Assembly: GCA_041649675.1 (NCBI GenBank)
Contig: JBAZMQ010000001.1
Span: forward strand, 64,792 to 128,791
Reading direction: 5' to 3'
DNA length: 64,000 bases
DNA from: Patescibacteria group bacterium
GTDB lineage: Bacteria > Patescibacteriota > Patescibacteriia > Buchananbacterales > UBA6539
Shown: positions 1 through 7,360 of the stretch, piece after piece
Layout of the letters: the number at the start of each line of letters is the position of its first letter
Numbering within the stretch: the stretch's first letter is position 1
Notes under the pieces: generated by a model
The model's database searches: none
Told to the model about the DNA's origin: nothing
Seen by the model: the letters and a program-made list of their open reading frames with translations, nothing else
Translations under genes and position numbers: made by a program

Positions 1-2
1 CT

Positions 3-107
3 TATTTCCACGGTTTGCCGGGTGATGAGGTGGTAATTATTGTGCCGCAGGAAGGAAAAAGCAAATGGGCGGCCGTAGAGAATGTTATTAAAAACAGTAG
101 TCGTTAG
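3..107 (+). CDS. 3' end of an upstream gene (partial, frame 3, ...GLPGDEVVIIVPQEGKSKWAAVENVIKNSSR*)
   Basis: Open frame from the window edge to TAG at 105-107; no identification possible. Confidence 0.25.
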   Translation, partial: YFHGLPGDEVVIIVPQEGKSKWAAVENVIKNSSR

Positions 108-114
108 TTAGGCA

Positions 115-996
115 CTAGACATTAGGCCCTAGCTTTATAACTAAAATTCGGTTTAGTCCGGCTAAATCTTTTTTTATTTCTACCTGATAATTTGGCAGGT
201 ATTTTTTTAATAGTTTTTGTAGCTTAGTTTTTTGCCTTGGATCAAACTCAATAAAAATAAATTTTGGTTTTTGCTTTCGTTTGGCAATTTGTTCAAAGAG
301 TTGATGATAGAGATAAAGCCCATTTTCTTTGGCAAACAAAGCATTTTTTGGCTCAAATTTCAGAGCCGCTGTTTGCATTGAGCTATTATTTTTCCATTGT
401 GGCCAGCCATAAGGCAGGTTGGCAATCAGGATATCAATTTTTACGTTTTTAAGCGGTTTTAATAAATTGCCATGTAAGAATTTAATTTTAACTTGGTGAG
501 TTTTAGCATTAAGTTTAGCCACCTGCAGAGCTAGTTTAGAATTATCAGTAGCAAGGTAGCTTATAGCTTTTATCTTATAGCTTTTAGCGAGTGAAATGAT
601 TATACAGCCCGATCCGGTTCCGATATCCGCGACAGATAATCTTTCGTCTCTGATTCCTGATCTCTGATCTCTGATCTCTTTAATCACTTCTTCAACCAAT
701 AACTCCGTCTCCGGGCGGGGGATTAGGACGCGTTTATCAACCAAGAAACTTAGCCCAAAAAATTCTTTTTGTTTTACCAGATAGGCAATTGGTTCGCCTT
801 TAGTTCGTCTGGCTGCTAACTTACTTAGTTTTTTGAGTTGGAGCTTGGTCAGTTTAGCCTCTGAATGAGAATATAAAAACTCTTTTGGTTTTTTAATCAC
901 AAAAGACAACAAAACTTCCGCGTCTAAGGCTGCAGTTTTATTTTTTTTAGCCTGTAACTTTTTGGTAAATATTTTTAAAGCTTCTTGGATTGTCAT
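115..996 (-). CDS. prmC: Release-factor glutamine N5-methyltransferase (PrmC/HemK family)
   Basis: 293-aa ORF downstream of prfA, the conserved prfA-prmC neighbourhood. Rossmann SAM-binding stretch DIGTGSGCI and an NPPY-like motif (ANLPY). Confidence 0.75.
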   Translation of the reverse strand: MTIQEALKIFTKKLQAKKNKTAALDAEVLLSFVIKKPKEFLYSHSEAKLTKLQLKKLSKLAARRTKGEPIAYLVKQKEFFGLSFLVDKRVLIPRPETELLVEEVIKEIRDQRSGIRDERLSVADIGTGSGCIIISLAKSYKIKAISYLATDNSKLALQVAKLNAKTHQVKIKFLHGNLLKPLKNVKIDILIANLPYGWPQWKNNSSMQTAALKFEPKNALFAKENGLYLYHQLFEQIAKRKQKPKFIFIEFDPRQKTKLQKLLKKYLPNYQVEIKKDLAGLNRILVIKLGPNV

Positions 997-1007
997 ATTA
1001 CTTAATT

Positions 1008-1036
1008 TGACTAAGGAAAGAATAATTTCTAAACTG
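1008..1036 (+). promoter_or_regulatory. Candidate sigma70-like promoter TTGACT-17-TAAACT
   Basis: TTGACT at 1008-1013 and TAAACT 17 nt downstream, ahead of the GGAGG SD and ATG at 1082. Confidence 0.3.
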
Positions 1037-1081
1037 ATTAAAAGTCATTAACCGAAAGTAAGATTAACCGGAGGAAACGTT

Positions 1082-1444
1082 ATGTTAAAGAGGTTCTTTT
1101 TAGTGAAATGGTTTCTTGGTTGGTATAATGCCAGGTGTTGTGTTTGCGGCGGGTTTTCAATTTGGCCGTTTAATCGGCTAAGTCAAACCAATACGGCCAG
1201 CAAGTACAATCCGCGAGGGAAAGCAGTTTTAATTCATTCTGGCTGGTGCGCTTCTAGGCATCTGCGCTCAGCAAACCATGGTTTTTGCTGCGTTTGCGGC
1301 GGTGACCATGGTCGCTTGGGGTACGTTGATGGCAAGAATGAATACAACCCTGACGGGCAGTTGCGCTCGGTTCATGGTGGGTCCTGTCTTGTTCAGTACG
1401 TGGTCAGCTACTTTACCGGATTGGTTTTTTCCGACCGTTGGTAA
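1082..1444 (+). CDS. Orphan Cys/Trp-rich 120-aa ORF inside a GC-rich insert between prfA and prmC. It carries a duplicated CCVCGG motif and may instead be a structured ncRNA.
   Basis: Perfect SD (GGAGG, 7 nt spacing) before the ATG at 1082. Composition is far more GC-rich than the flanks. The ORF contains an extended -10 (TGGTATAAT, 1121-1129). The region ends in a strong intrinsic terminator (1483-1509). Confidence 0.3.
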   Translation: MLKRFFLVKWFLGWYNARCCVCGGFSIWPFNRLSQTNTASKYNPRGKAVLIHSGWCASRHLRSANHGFCCVCGGDHGRLGYVDGKNEYNPDGQLRSVHGGSCLVQYVVSYFTGLVFSDRW

Positions 1445-1482
1445 AAATTTTGGGCAAAAAGCCGTGTTTGTTCTCTAGTGCG

Positions 1483-1509
1483 AGGTGATTTTTGATCACC
1501 TCTTTTTTA
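1483..1509 (+). terminator. Rho-independent terminator (GAGGTGATttttGATCACCTC + T6)
   Basis: A 9-bp perfect stem followed by TTTTTTAT on the plus strand; the prfA stop codon (minus strand) overlaps the T-run. Confidence 0.7.
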
Positions 1510-2550
1510 TTGGTCTAATTCAGTGATTTTATCAATAATTGGTTGAATTTCTCCGTCCATAATGACAGCGATATTGTGCCAGCTTTCTTTAATCCGATGA
1601 TCCGTTACCCGGTCTTGAGGAAAATTATAAGTCCGGATTTTTTCGGATCGGTCGCCCGAACCAATTTGTGATTTTCTGGCATCGCGGCGTTCCTTGTCCT
1701 TTTTTTCTTGCTCCGAAGCCAGAAGGCGAGAACGCAAAATTTGCATCGCTTTATTTTTGTTCTTAATTTGTGATTTTTCATCTTGGCAGGTAACAACAGT
1801 GTTAGTCGGGATATGAGTAATCCGAACGGCTGAATCGGTGGTATTAACGCTTTGGCCGCCGTGGCCGCCGGAACGGAAAACGTCAATTCGTAAATCTTCG
1901 GGTTTTAATTCAATGTCAACTTCTTCGGCTTCAGGCAAAACAGCAACAGTTGAAGCCGAGGTATGAACCCGGCCGCTTTTTTCGGTTTCGGGTACGCGCT
2001 GGACTCGATGAACACCGCTTTCGTATTTTAAATTTTTAAACGCTTGGCGGCCAGAGATTTCAAAAATTATTTCTTTAAATCCGCCAATACCAATCCGACT
2101 AGCATTTAAGATGTTAGTTTTCCAGCCTTTTTTTTCGGCATAGCGCGAATACATCCGAAATAACTCAGCGGCAAACAAAGCGGCTTCGTCGCCACCAGTG
2201 CCGGCCCGGATTTCCATGATGATATTTTTTTGGTCCATCGGATCTTTGGGCTTTATATCCTGGTTAATTTCTTTTTCTAAATTAACCTTAAGATCAGTCA
2301 GGCTAGTAATTTCTTCTTGGGCAATTGAAACAAGCACATCATCAGAGTCATCTAATATTGCGCTTTGAGCTTGGGCTAATTGTCTTTCGGTTCTTTCTAG
2401 CTCATCAATTTTACTAATAATTGGTTCTAGTCGGCTGAATTCCTGCGAGGCAGTTTTTAATTTTTGGGTATCATTAACAATCTCGGGATTGGTTAAATCC
2501 AATCCGAGCTGAGTGTATTGTTTTTTTAAATCAATAAATTTTTGGTCCAT
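1507..2550 (-). CDS. prfA: Peptide chain release factor 1
   Basis: 347 aa with a GGQ motif ([22 protein letters not shown]). The RF1-type tripeptide region reads [15 protein letters not shown], i.e. PET where PAT/PVT is usual. Confidence 0.95.
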   Translation of the reverse strand: MDQKFIDLKKQYTQLGLDLTNPEIVNDTQKLKTASQEFSRLEPIISKIDELERTERQLAQAQSAILDDSDDVLVSIAQEEITSLTDLKVNLEKEINQDIKPKDPMDQKNIIMEIRAGTGGDEAALFAAELFRMYSRYAEKKGWKTNILNASRIGIGGFKEIIFEISGRQAFKNLKYESGVHRVQRVPETEKSGRVHTSASTVAVLPEAEEVDIELKPEDLRIDVFRSGGHGGQSVNTTDSAVRITHIPTNTVVTCQDEKSQIKNKNKAMQILRSRLLASEQEKKDKERRDARKSQIGSGDRSEKIRTYNFPQDRVTDHRIKESWHNIAVIMDGEIQPIIDKITELDQ

Positions 2551-2652
2551 AAGTTTAGAGTTTAGGTTGCTAGGCCCTAGGCAGTTAGGTGGGCAATGCC
2601 TAATTTTGGCATAACAAAAACTCCCTTTTTGGGGAGCTTTGGTTATATTGAG

Positions 2653-2946
2653 CTACTCTTCGCTTGATTTTTTGGTTGATTTTTTCTTGGAGTCAGCTTT
2701 TTCCTTTTTTGCCTTTTTGCCTTTGCGAACACTGGAGACGGCTTCTTTTTTGGATAAGCGTTCCTTGAATTTTTCTACCCGTCTGGCTGAGTCAAGCAAC
2801 TTTTGTTTGCCGGTATAAAAAGGATGACACATTGAACAAATTTCAACATGAATTTCGGGCAAAGTTGAGCCAACATTAAAGGAGTTACCGCAAGCGCAGA
2901 TAATCTTAGCGTTTTGATGATATTGGGGATGAATTTCTTTTTTCAT
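2653..2946 (-). CDS. rpmE: 50S ribosomal protein L31 (zinc-ribbon form) with a Lys-rich C-terminal tail
   Basis: [10 protein letters not shown]...CACGNSF...[10 protein letters not shown] is the L31 signature with both Cys pairs. The likely true start is the internal Met at 2946, not the ORF-track start at 3027. Confidence 0.9.
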   Translation of the reverse strand: MKKEIHPQYHQNAKIICACGNSFNVGSTLPEIHVEICSMCHPFYTGKQKLLDSARRVEKFKERLSKKEAVSSVRKGKKAKKEKADSKKKSTKKSSEE

Positions 2947-2957
2947 AGGATATAATA

Positions 2958-2995
2958 CTAATCTACGAATTAATGCTAATCTACGAATATTCGTA
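2958..2995. promoter_or_regulatory. Candidate operator upstream of rpmE: two direct repeats CTAATCTACGAAT, the second overlapping a perfect 14-bp palindrome TACGAATATTCGTA
   Basis: The repeats sit at 2958-2970 and 2976-2988 and the palindrome at 2982-2995. They lie immediately upstream of a TATTAT -10-like box that abuts the rpmE ATG (leaderless-like). Confidence 0.4.
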
Positions 2996-3065
2996 TGTGT
3001 AGCTTTGTGTCCACATACTATTGGCATATATTAGCATTATATCTTGATTTTGGCAAGAGTGGCTA

Positions 3066-3476
3066 CTAATTGTTATTATGCAGACCCTTGGATCGCTTGG
3101 TAATGATATAAACACCAACGACGCTGGTATAAACAACGGCTAATTCGCCGGGAATTTTGAATCTACCCTCGGATAATGGAGCCGTTACGGCAAAAAGTAT
3201 CACAATAACTGTCCAAACGATGACAAACCCTTCACCTAAAAATTTGGAGATAAAGTTATCTTTCCAGCGGGTAAATTCTTTTTCACCGGCATAAAGTCCT
3301 AGAATGGCCAAATAAATTATGCCAATGGTGGCGGCTGAGCTGTTGTAGCGGCCGCCGGAAAAGAAATCCAAGGAAAAGAGAAAAATTGTTACCACCGTCC
3401 AGACATTTAAAATTAGTTTAAATATTCGGCGGTTGGTATGATCAGCAAAATATCTTTGGTTATTATTTTTTTTCAT
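3066..3476 (-). CDS. Small integral membrane protein (3-4 TM), function unknown
   Basis: Hydrophobic segments and a basic N-terminus; no recognisable motif. Confidence 0.5.
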   Translation of the reverse strand: MKKNNNQRYFADHTNRRIFKLILNVWTVVTIFLFSLDFFSGGRYNSSAATIGIIYLAILGLYAGEKEFTRWKDNFISKFLGEGFVIVWTVIVILFAVTAPLSEGRFKIPGELAVVYTSVVGVYIITKRSKGLHNNN

Positions 3477-3671
3477 AAATTTTCCTTTTTTTATTGTAGC
3501 ATATTTTTTAAACTTACCAAATTGACAATCAGTATTTAAGCAATTATGCTGTTAAATAGAAAGGGACAAAAAATTGAACCTTAAAAATTAGTAAAATTAG
3601 CCATTAAGTTTAATTGGATAAGTGATTTGGTCAGAGTATAGCATGATATAATTGGTGAAAGGATCAATCGT

Positions 3672-4379
3672 ATGAATTATCACATGAAACGTTCAGAAGT
3701 GAATTGGGTAATTAAAGAAACATTGAATTGGTGGAAAGAGTCAGGCGTTGCTTTGCCGCCTTGGGCATTTTACAGTCCGGAGGTCTGGCGCAGGGAAGTT
3801 GATGCCGGACACGTGGACATTGATAAGATGATTAAACGCGGGCAGGGCTTGTACCTCTCCAACTTTCCAGTGTCCGGGGTGAGAATGAGTCCCAATTTTT
3901 CTCATCAGGGGACGTTATCGATTACAGTGGAAGATACGGGACTTAAATTCTTGTATCAACGGCAAAATCAGGCAATGCTGCTCCATAAGCACCTAAAAAA
4001 GGAAGAAACGGTTAGCGTTATTGGCAACAGTACAGTTGGTCGGTTGGTGGTACGTTTGTACCGCCCCAATGAATCCGATGGTTCGCCGAATTATGGCGGC
4101 GAAGCGCTTGTGAAAGTCAATAATCTTCCTCGTACGGTGAATTTTAAACAAAGAGTTTCGTTGGCGCCAGGCGAATCCATTACTTTTCCTGCCGGGGTTT
4201 GGCATCATTTTTACGCCAGTGCTGATGGTGTCTCTTTGCAGGCAGTATCATCTATCCATGAAGGTACTCCTGGTGATGACGACACCTTTATGAATCAGAC
4301 GGAAAAGTTTATAGCAATTGAGCCGGATGTGCCGCCGGAGTATTTGCTCGGCAATGAGCTCAAGCTGCTGGTCAGGTAG
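3672..4379 (+). CDS. Cupin-fold protein, D-lyxose/D-mannose ketol-isomerase-like (paralog 1)
   Basis: 235 aa with WHKH..E...G and PAGVWH motifs typical of cupin sugar isomerases; family assignment is from memory. Confidence 0.45.
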   Translation: MNYHMKRSEVNWVIKETLNWWKESGVALPPWAFYSPEVWRREVDAGHVDIDKMIKRGQGLYLSNFPVSGVRMSPNFSHQGTLSITVEDTGLKFLYQRQNQAMLLHKHLKKEETVSVIGNSTVGRLVVRLYRPNESDGSPNYGGEALVKVNNLPRTVNFKQRVSLAPGESITFPAGVWHHFYASADGVSLQAVSSIHEGTPGDDDTFMNQTEKFIAIEPDVPPEYLLGNELKLLVR

Positions 4380-4397
4380 GGAGGGAAACAAGCAATA

Positions 4398-4442
4398 AAC
4401 ACCTTTTTTAAGCAATTTGTTTTTAAAAGGTGTTATTTTTTG
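4398..4442 (+). terminator. Intrinsic terminator after cupin paralog 1
   Basis: AACACCTTTT...AAAAGGTGTT hairpin plus a T-run. Confidence 0.65.
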
Positions 4443-4607
4443 ATTTTTTATGTTGATTAATTAAATTTGACTTTTATTAGCCAATTTATTAAACTAGCAG
4501 ACAGAATGGAAGAAAGAGTCGAACCTTAACAAATAGGCGAAAAAAGTCATTAGGTTCGATTATCCAATGGTTTAGGCGTAGTATAACTGGTGAAAGGATG
4601 GATACAC

Positions 4608-5318
4608 ATGGAGCATCACATAAAACAATCAGAAGTAAATAGGTTGATTCAAGAAACCTTGGGGAGGTGGCAAAAGCTCAAAGTCAGCGTGCCGCCCTGG
4701 GCAGCCTACAGTCCGATGGACTGGCGAAGGCAAATTGAAGAAGGCAAAGAGGGTTTGGACATTTCCGAAATGGTCAAATGGGGTCAGGGTTTGGACATTT
4801 CCAACTTTCCAGCATTAGGAGTTAAGCCTGACTTCAGTCAATGTGGCCTGGTGCTGATCACGGTGGAGAATACTTCCGAATATTGCCATAAGCTGATGTT
4901 TCAGCGGCAAAACCAGGAAACACCCTGGCATAAGCACGTAAATAAAAATGAAACAATTGGCGTTGGGGCCAGCCGCTGGGGCAAGCTAGGCATCAGTTTG
5001 TACAATTCCAACGAGATTGATGGCTGTCCGGATTATATGAAATCGGTCCGAGTGAAAGTCAACGGTTGTTGGCGTACAGTGAAGGCTGATAATCCAGTTC
5101 AACTGCAGCCGGGTGAATTCATTACGCTACCAGCCGGAGTCTGGCATCGGTTTTTTGCCCTTTATGACGATGTCTCTTTGTGGGAAGTCTCGGCCCACAA
5201 TGACGACTTTGACGACAATAAGTTCTTGGTGCCTCGGGAGAGGTTTATGAAAATTGAGCCGGATGTGCTACCGGCATTTGTGCTTTGCAATGATCTGCAT
5301 AAGCTGTTACCCGTCTAG
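4608..5318 (+). CDS. Cupin-fold protein, D-lyxose isomerase-like (paralog 2, tandem duplicate)
   Basis: Collinear homolog of 3672-4379, including the same SD context (GGTGAAAGGAT) and terminator. A start at 4608 matches paralog 1 (MEHHIKQSEV vs MNYHMKRSEV); the ORF track starts at 4590. Confidence 0.45.
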   Translation: MEHHIKQSEVNRLIQETLGRWQKLKVSVPPWAAYSPMDWRRQIEEGKEGLDISEMVKWGQGLDISNFPALGVKPDFSQCGLVLITVENTSEYCHKLMFQRQNQETPWHKHVNKNETIGVGASRWGKLGISLYNSNEIDGCPDYMKSVRVKVNGCWRTVKADNPVQLQPGEFITLPAGVWHRFFALYDDVSLWEVSAHNDDFDDNKFLVPRERFMKIEPDVLPAFVLCNDLHKLLPV

Positions 5319-5334
5319 GGGAGGGAAGAGTTAA

Positions 5335-5382
5335 AAACACCTTTTTAAGCAAGATTTTCTTGGAAAAAGGTGTTATTTTTTT
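5335..5382 (+). terminator. Intrinsic terminator after cupin paralog 2
   Basis: AAACACCTTTT...AAAAGGTGTT hairpin plus T7; a duplicate of the 4398-4442 terminator. Confidence 0.65.
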
Positions 5383-5419
5383 ACCTCTTGACACCAATTT
5401 TTTTTATGGTATCATTAAA

Positions 5420-5446
5420 TTAGCACTCATTGCTAAGGAGTGCTAA
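5420..5446. promoter_or_regulatory. CIRCE operator (HrcA binding site) TTAGCACTC-N9-GAGTGCTAA
   Basis: A perfect match to the CIRCE consensus 10 nt upstream of the hrcA ATG; the hrcA SD (AAGGAG) overlaps the right arm. Confidence 0.9.
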
Positions 5447-5455
5447 TCCGAAATT

Positions 5456-6160
5456 ATGAACGAAAGACAGCAGGATTTACTGCAAATTATAATTTCTCAA
5501 TATATCAAAACCGCCCAGCCAGTCAGTTCTAATTTTATTACCCAGGCCGGCAGTTTTGATTTGTCGTCAGCCACGATTAGAAATGAAATGGCCGATTTGG
5601 AAGACCAGGGCTATATTTATCATCCGCACACTTCGGCTGGGCGGGTGCCAACGGAAAAAGGCTATCAGTTTTTTGTTAGTAATTTTTTAAGCGACAGTAA
5701 GTTAAGCAAAAAGCAGCAGGAGTTTTTGGATAAGTTAGTTGGTCAATATAAAACGTTTGAACCTTTGGCGCTTAAGGAGTTGGCTAAAGGAATTTCGGAG
5801 TTTTGCAACGGCGCGGTTTTTGTTGCGTTTTCTGACAATGATTTTTATTATACCGGTATTTCTAATTTGTTTTCTCAGCCCGAATTTGCCGAGCAAAAAG
5901 TCGTTTATAATTTAAGTCGAGTAATCGATCATTTAGACTTGGTAATTAATAAAATATTTGACGATATCGATTCGCAAGTTGAAGTTTTAGTTGGCAGCCA
6001 AAATCGGTTTGCCAAAGATTGCAGCTCAATTATGACAAAATACCAAGCCAAGAATGGCTCTGGTCTTTTGGGAATTTTAGGGCCATTGAGAATGGATTAT
6101 CAAAATAATTTTAGTTTAATTAAATATAGCCAGGGGCTGATTAATAGATTAGGAAATTAG
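5456..6160 (+). CDS. hrcA: Heat-inducible transcription repressor HrcA (short form)
   Basis: N-terminal wHTH region LSSATIRNEMADLEDQGYIYHPHTSAGRVPTEKGY is the HrcA signature; first gene of the dnaK operon and preceded by CIRCE. Confidence 0.85.
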   Translation: MNERQQDLLQIIISQYIKTAQPVSSNFITQAGSFDLSSATIRNEMADLEDQGYIYHPHTSAGRVPTEKGYQFFVSNFLSDSKLSKKQQEFLDKLVGQYKTFEPLALKELAKGISEFCNGAVFVAFSDNDFYYTGISNLFSQPEFAEQKVVYNLSRVIDHLDLVINKIFDDIDSQVEVLVGSQNRFAKDCSSIMTKYQAKNGSGLLGILGPLRMDYQNNFSLIKYSQGLINRLGN

Positions 6161-6224
6161 CTTGTAGCTTTTAGCTTGTAGGGCTCTGCCTAAAAGCTAT
6201 AAGCTAACAGCTAACAGCTATTAT
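6161..6224. repeat. AGCT-rich palindromic intercistronic element (copy 1), hrcA-grpE spacer
   Basis: tagcttgtAGCTTTTAGcttgtagggctctgccTAAAAGCTataagctaacagctaacagctatt; shares a ~35-nt right half with the 9620-9698 element. Confidence 0.5.
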
Positions 6225-6725
6225 ATGCAAGACCAAGCACAATCACAAAACAATGAAATTAATATTGAAGAATTAAAGGCTGAGCTAATCTTAGCCCAAA
6301 AAAAAGCTGAAGAGCATTTGGACGGTTGGCGCCGAGCAAAAGCTGATTATTTAAATTTGAAAAAGGAGAGTGAAAGCCGGCAGGGTGAATTGATCCAGTT
6401 TGCTAACGCGGCCTTAATTGCTCAGTTATTACCGATTTTTGATCATTTTAAGTTGGCTTGCCAGCACGTACCAAAAGATGATGCCAAAAAAGATTGGGTA
6501 GTTGGGTTTTTTCACATTAAAAAACAGTTTGAAGATTTTTTAAAAAATTTAGGCATTGAAGAAATTAAAACAGTCGGTGAGAAATTTAATCCGGAATTTC
6601 ACGAAGCAGTAGTTCACGAAAAAATGCAAGGTTTTGAAGCAGATGAAATTTTTGAAGAAGTAAAGTCCGGTTATCTGTTATATGGCAAAGTTGTAAATCC
6701 GGCAAAAGTGAAAGTGGCAAAATAA
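6225..6725 (+). CDS. grpE: Nucleotide exchange factor GrpE
   Basis: 166 aa; coiled-coil N-terminus plus a GrpE C-terminal domain; operon position. Confidence 0.85.
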   Translation: MQDQAQSQNNEINIEELKAELILAQKKAEEHLDGWRRAKADYLNLKKESESRQGELIQFANAALIAQLLPIFDHFKLACQHVPKDDAKKDWVVGFFHIKKQFEDFLKNLGIEEIKTVGEKFNPEFHEAVVHEKMQGFEADEIFEEVKSGYLLYGKVVNPAKVKVAK

Positions 6726-6732
6726 ATTTTAT

Positions 6733-6845
6733 TTTGTCATTCTGAGGCCAAGGGCCGAAGAATCTCATACGATATTCATTGGTGTGAGATTCTTCATCCC
6801 GACTACCTGACTTAAATAAAAATAGTCGGGATTCAGAATGACAGA
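6733..6845. other. ~110-bp multi-hairpin structured element (outer 11-bp stem TGTCATTCTGA/TCAGAATGACA enclosing three inner hairpins)
   Basis: Nested inverted repeats: GGCCaagGGCC; GAAGAATCTCA...TGAGATTCTTC; ATCCCGACT...AGTCGGGAT. The last stem recurs at 58420-58445. Confidence 0.5.
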
Positions 6846-6870
6846 TAGTATTTAACAAATTAATCCAGCT

Positions 6871-6900
6871 TGTCTCGGGGATTTCCGAGAAGCTGTCAAG
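6871..6900 (+). promoter_or_regulatory. Hairpin immediately upstream of the hsp20 SD (candidate RNA thermometer/attenuator)
   Basis: cagcttgtctcgg-ggattt-ccgagaagctg ends about 4 nt before the AGGGAG SD. Confidence 0.3.
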
Positions 6901-6913
6901 GGAGAATAAAATT

Positions 6914-7327
6914 ATGACCTTAATTAAATGGACTCCGTTGGTTGAACCGTTTGAAGATATGGAGCGGTTTGTCAATCGGTCAGTAATGAATGGCTTCACT
7001 CCAGCTATTGACGTTTATGAAACTAAAGACAACGTGGTGATTGAAACGCCGCTAGCGGGCATTGATCCAAAAGATGTAGAAATTGCCGTGGAAAATGATG
7101 TTTTGACGATTAAAGGTGAAACCAAGAAAGAATCAGAAGTTGATGAAAAAAATTATTATCGCAAAGAAGTGGCGCGCGGCAGTTTCTTTCGTTCCGTGGC
7201 CATGCCTTCGCGCGTGGTAGCGGACAAAGCCGATGCCTCGTTTGCCGATGGAATATTAAAGATTACCATTCCCAAAGCCGAAGAAGCCAAACCAAAAACC
7301 ATTACGGTTAAGGTCAATAAAAAATAA
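6914..7327 (+). CDS. Small heat-shock protein (Hsp20/alpha-crystallin family)
   Basis: Alpha-crystallin domain (IDVYETKDNVVIETPLAGIDPKDVEIAVENDVLTIKGE...GILKITIPK). Confidence 0.85.
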   Translation: MTLIKWTPLVEPFEDMERFVNRSVMNGFTPAIDVYETKDNVVIETPLAGIDPKDVEIAVENDVLTIKGETKKESEVDEKNYYRKEVARGSFFRSVAMPSRVVADKADASFADGILKITIPKAEEAKPKTITVKVNKK

Positions 7328-7360
7328 TAATTAATATATAATAAATAATCAAAAAATATT

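Noticed and set aside
540-600. AGCTTATAGCTTTT repeats inside prmC resembling the intercistronic AGCT elements
   Set aside because: Explained by a repeated KSYKIKAISY-type peptide within the coding frame; probably coincidental.
1130-1500. Possible RNase P RNA, tmRNA or SRP RNA in the GC-rich prfA-prmC insert
   Set aside because: None of GGAAAGUCCGG / ACAGAAnCCGGCUUA (RNase P), a T-arm plus CCA 3' end (tmRNA) or GGAAGCAGCC (SRP) is present on either strand. Kept only as an unclassified structured-RNA candidate.
1605-1886. 93-aa ORF on the minus strand inside prfA
   Set aside because: Lies wholly inside the well-supported prfA gene in another frame; no motifs. Frame-shadow ORF.
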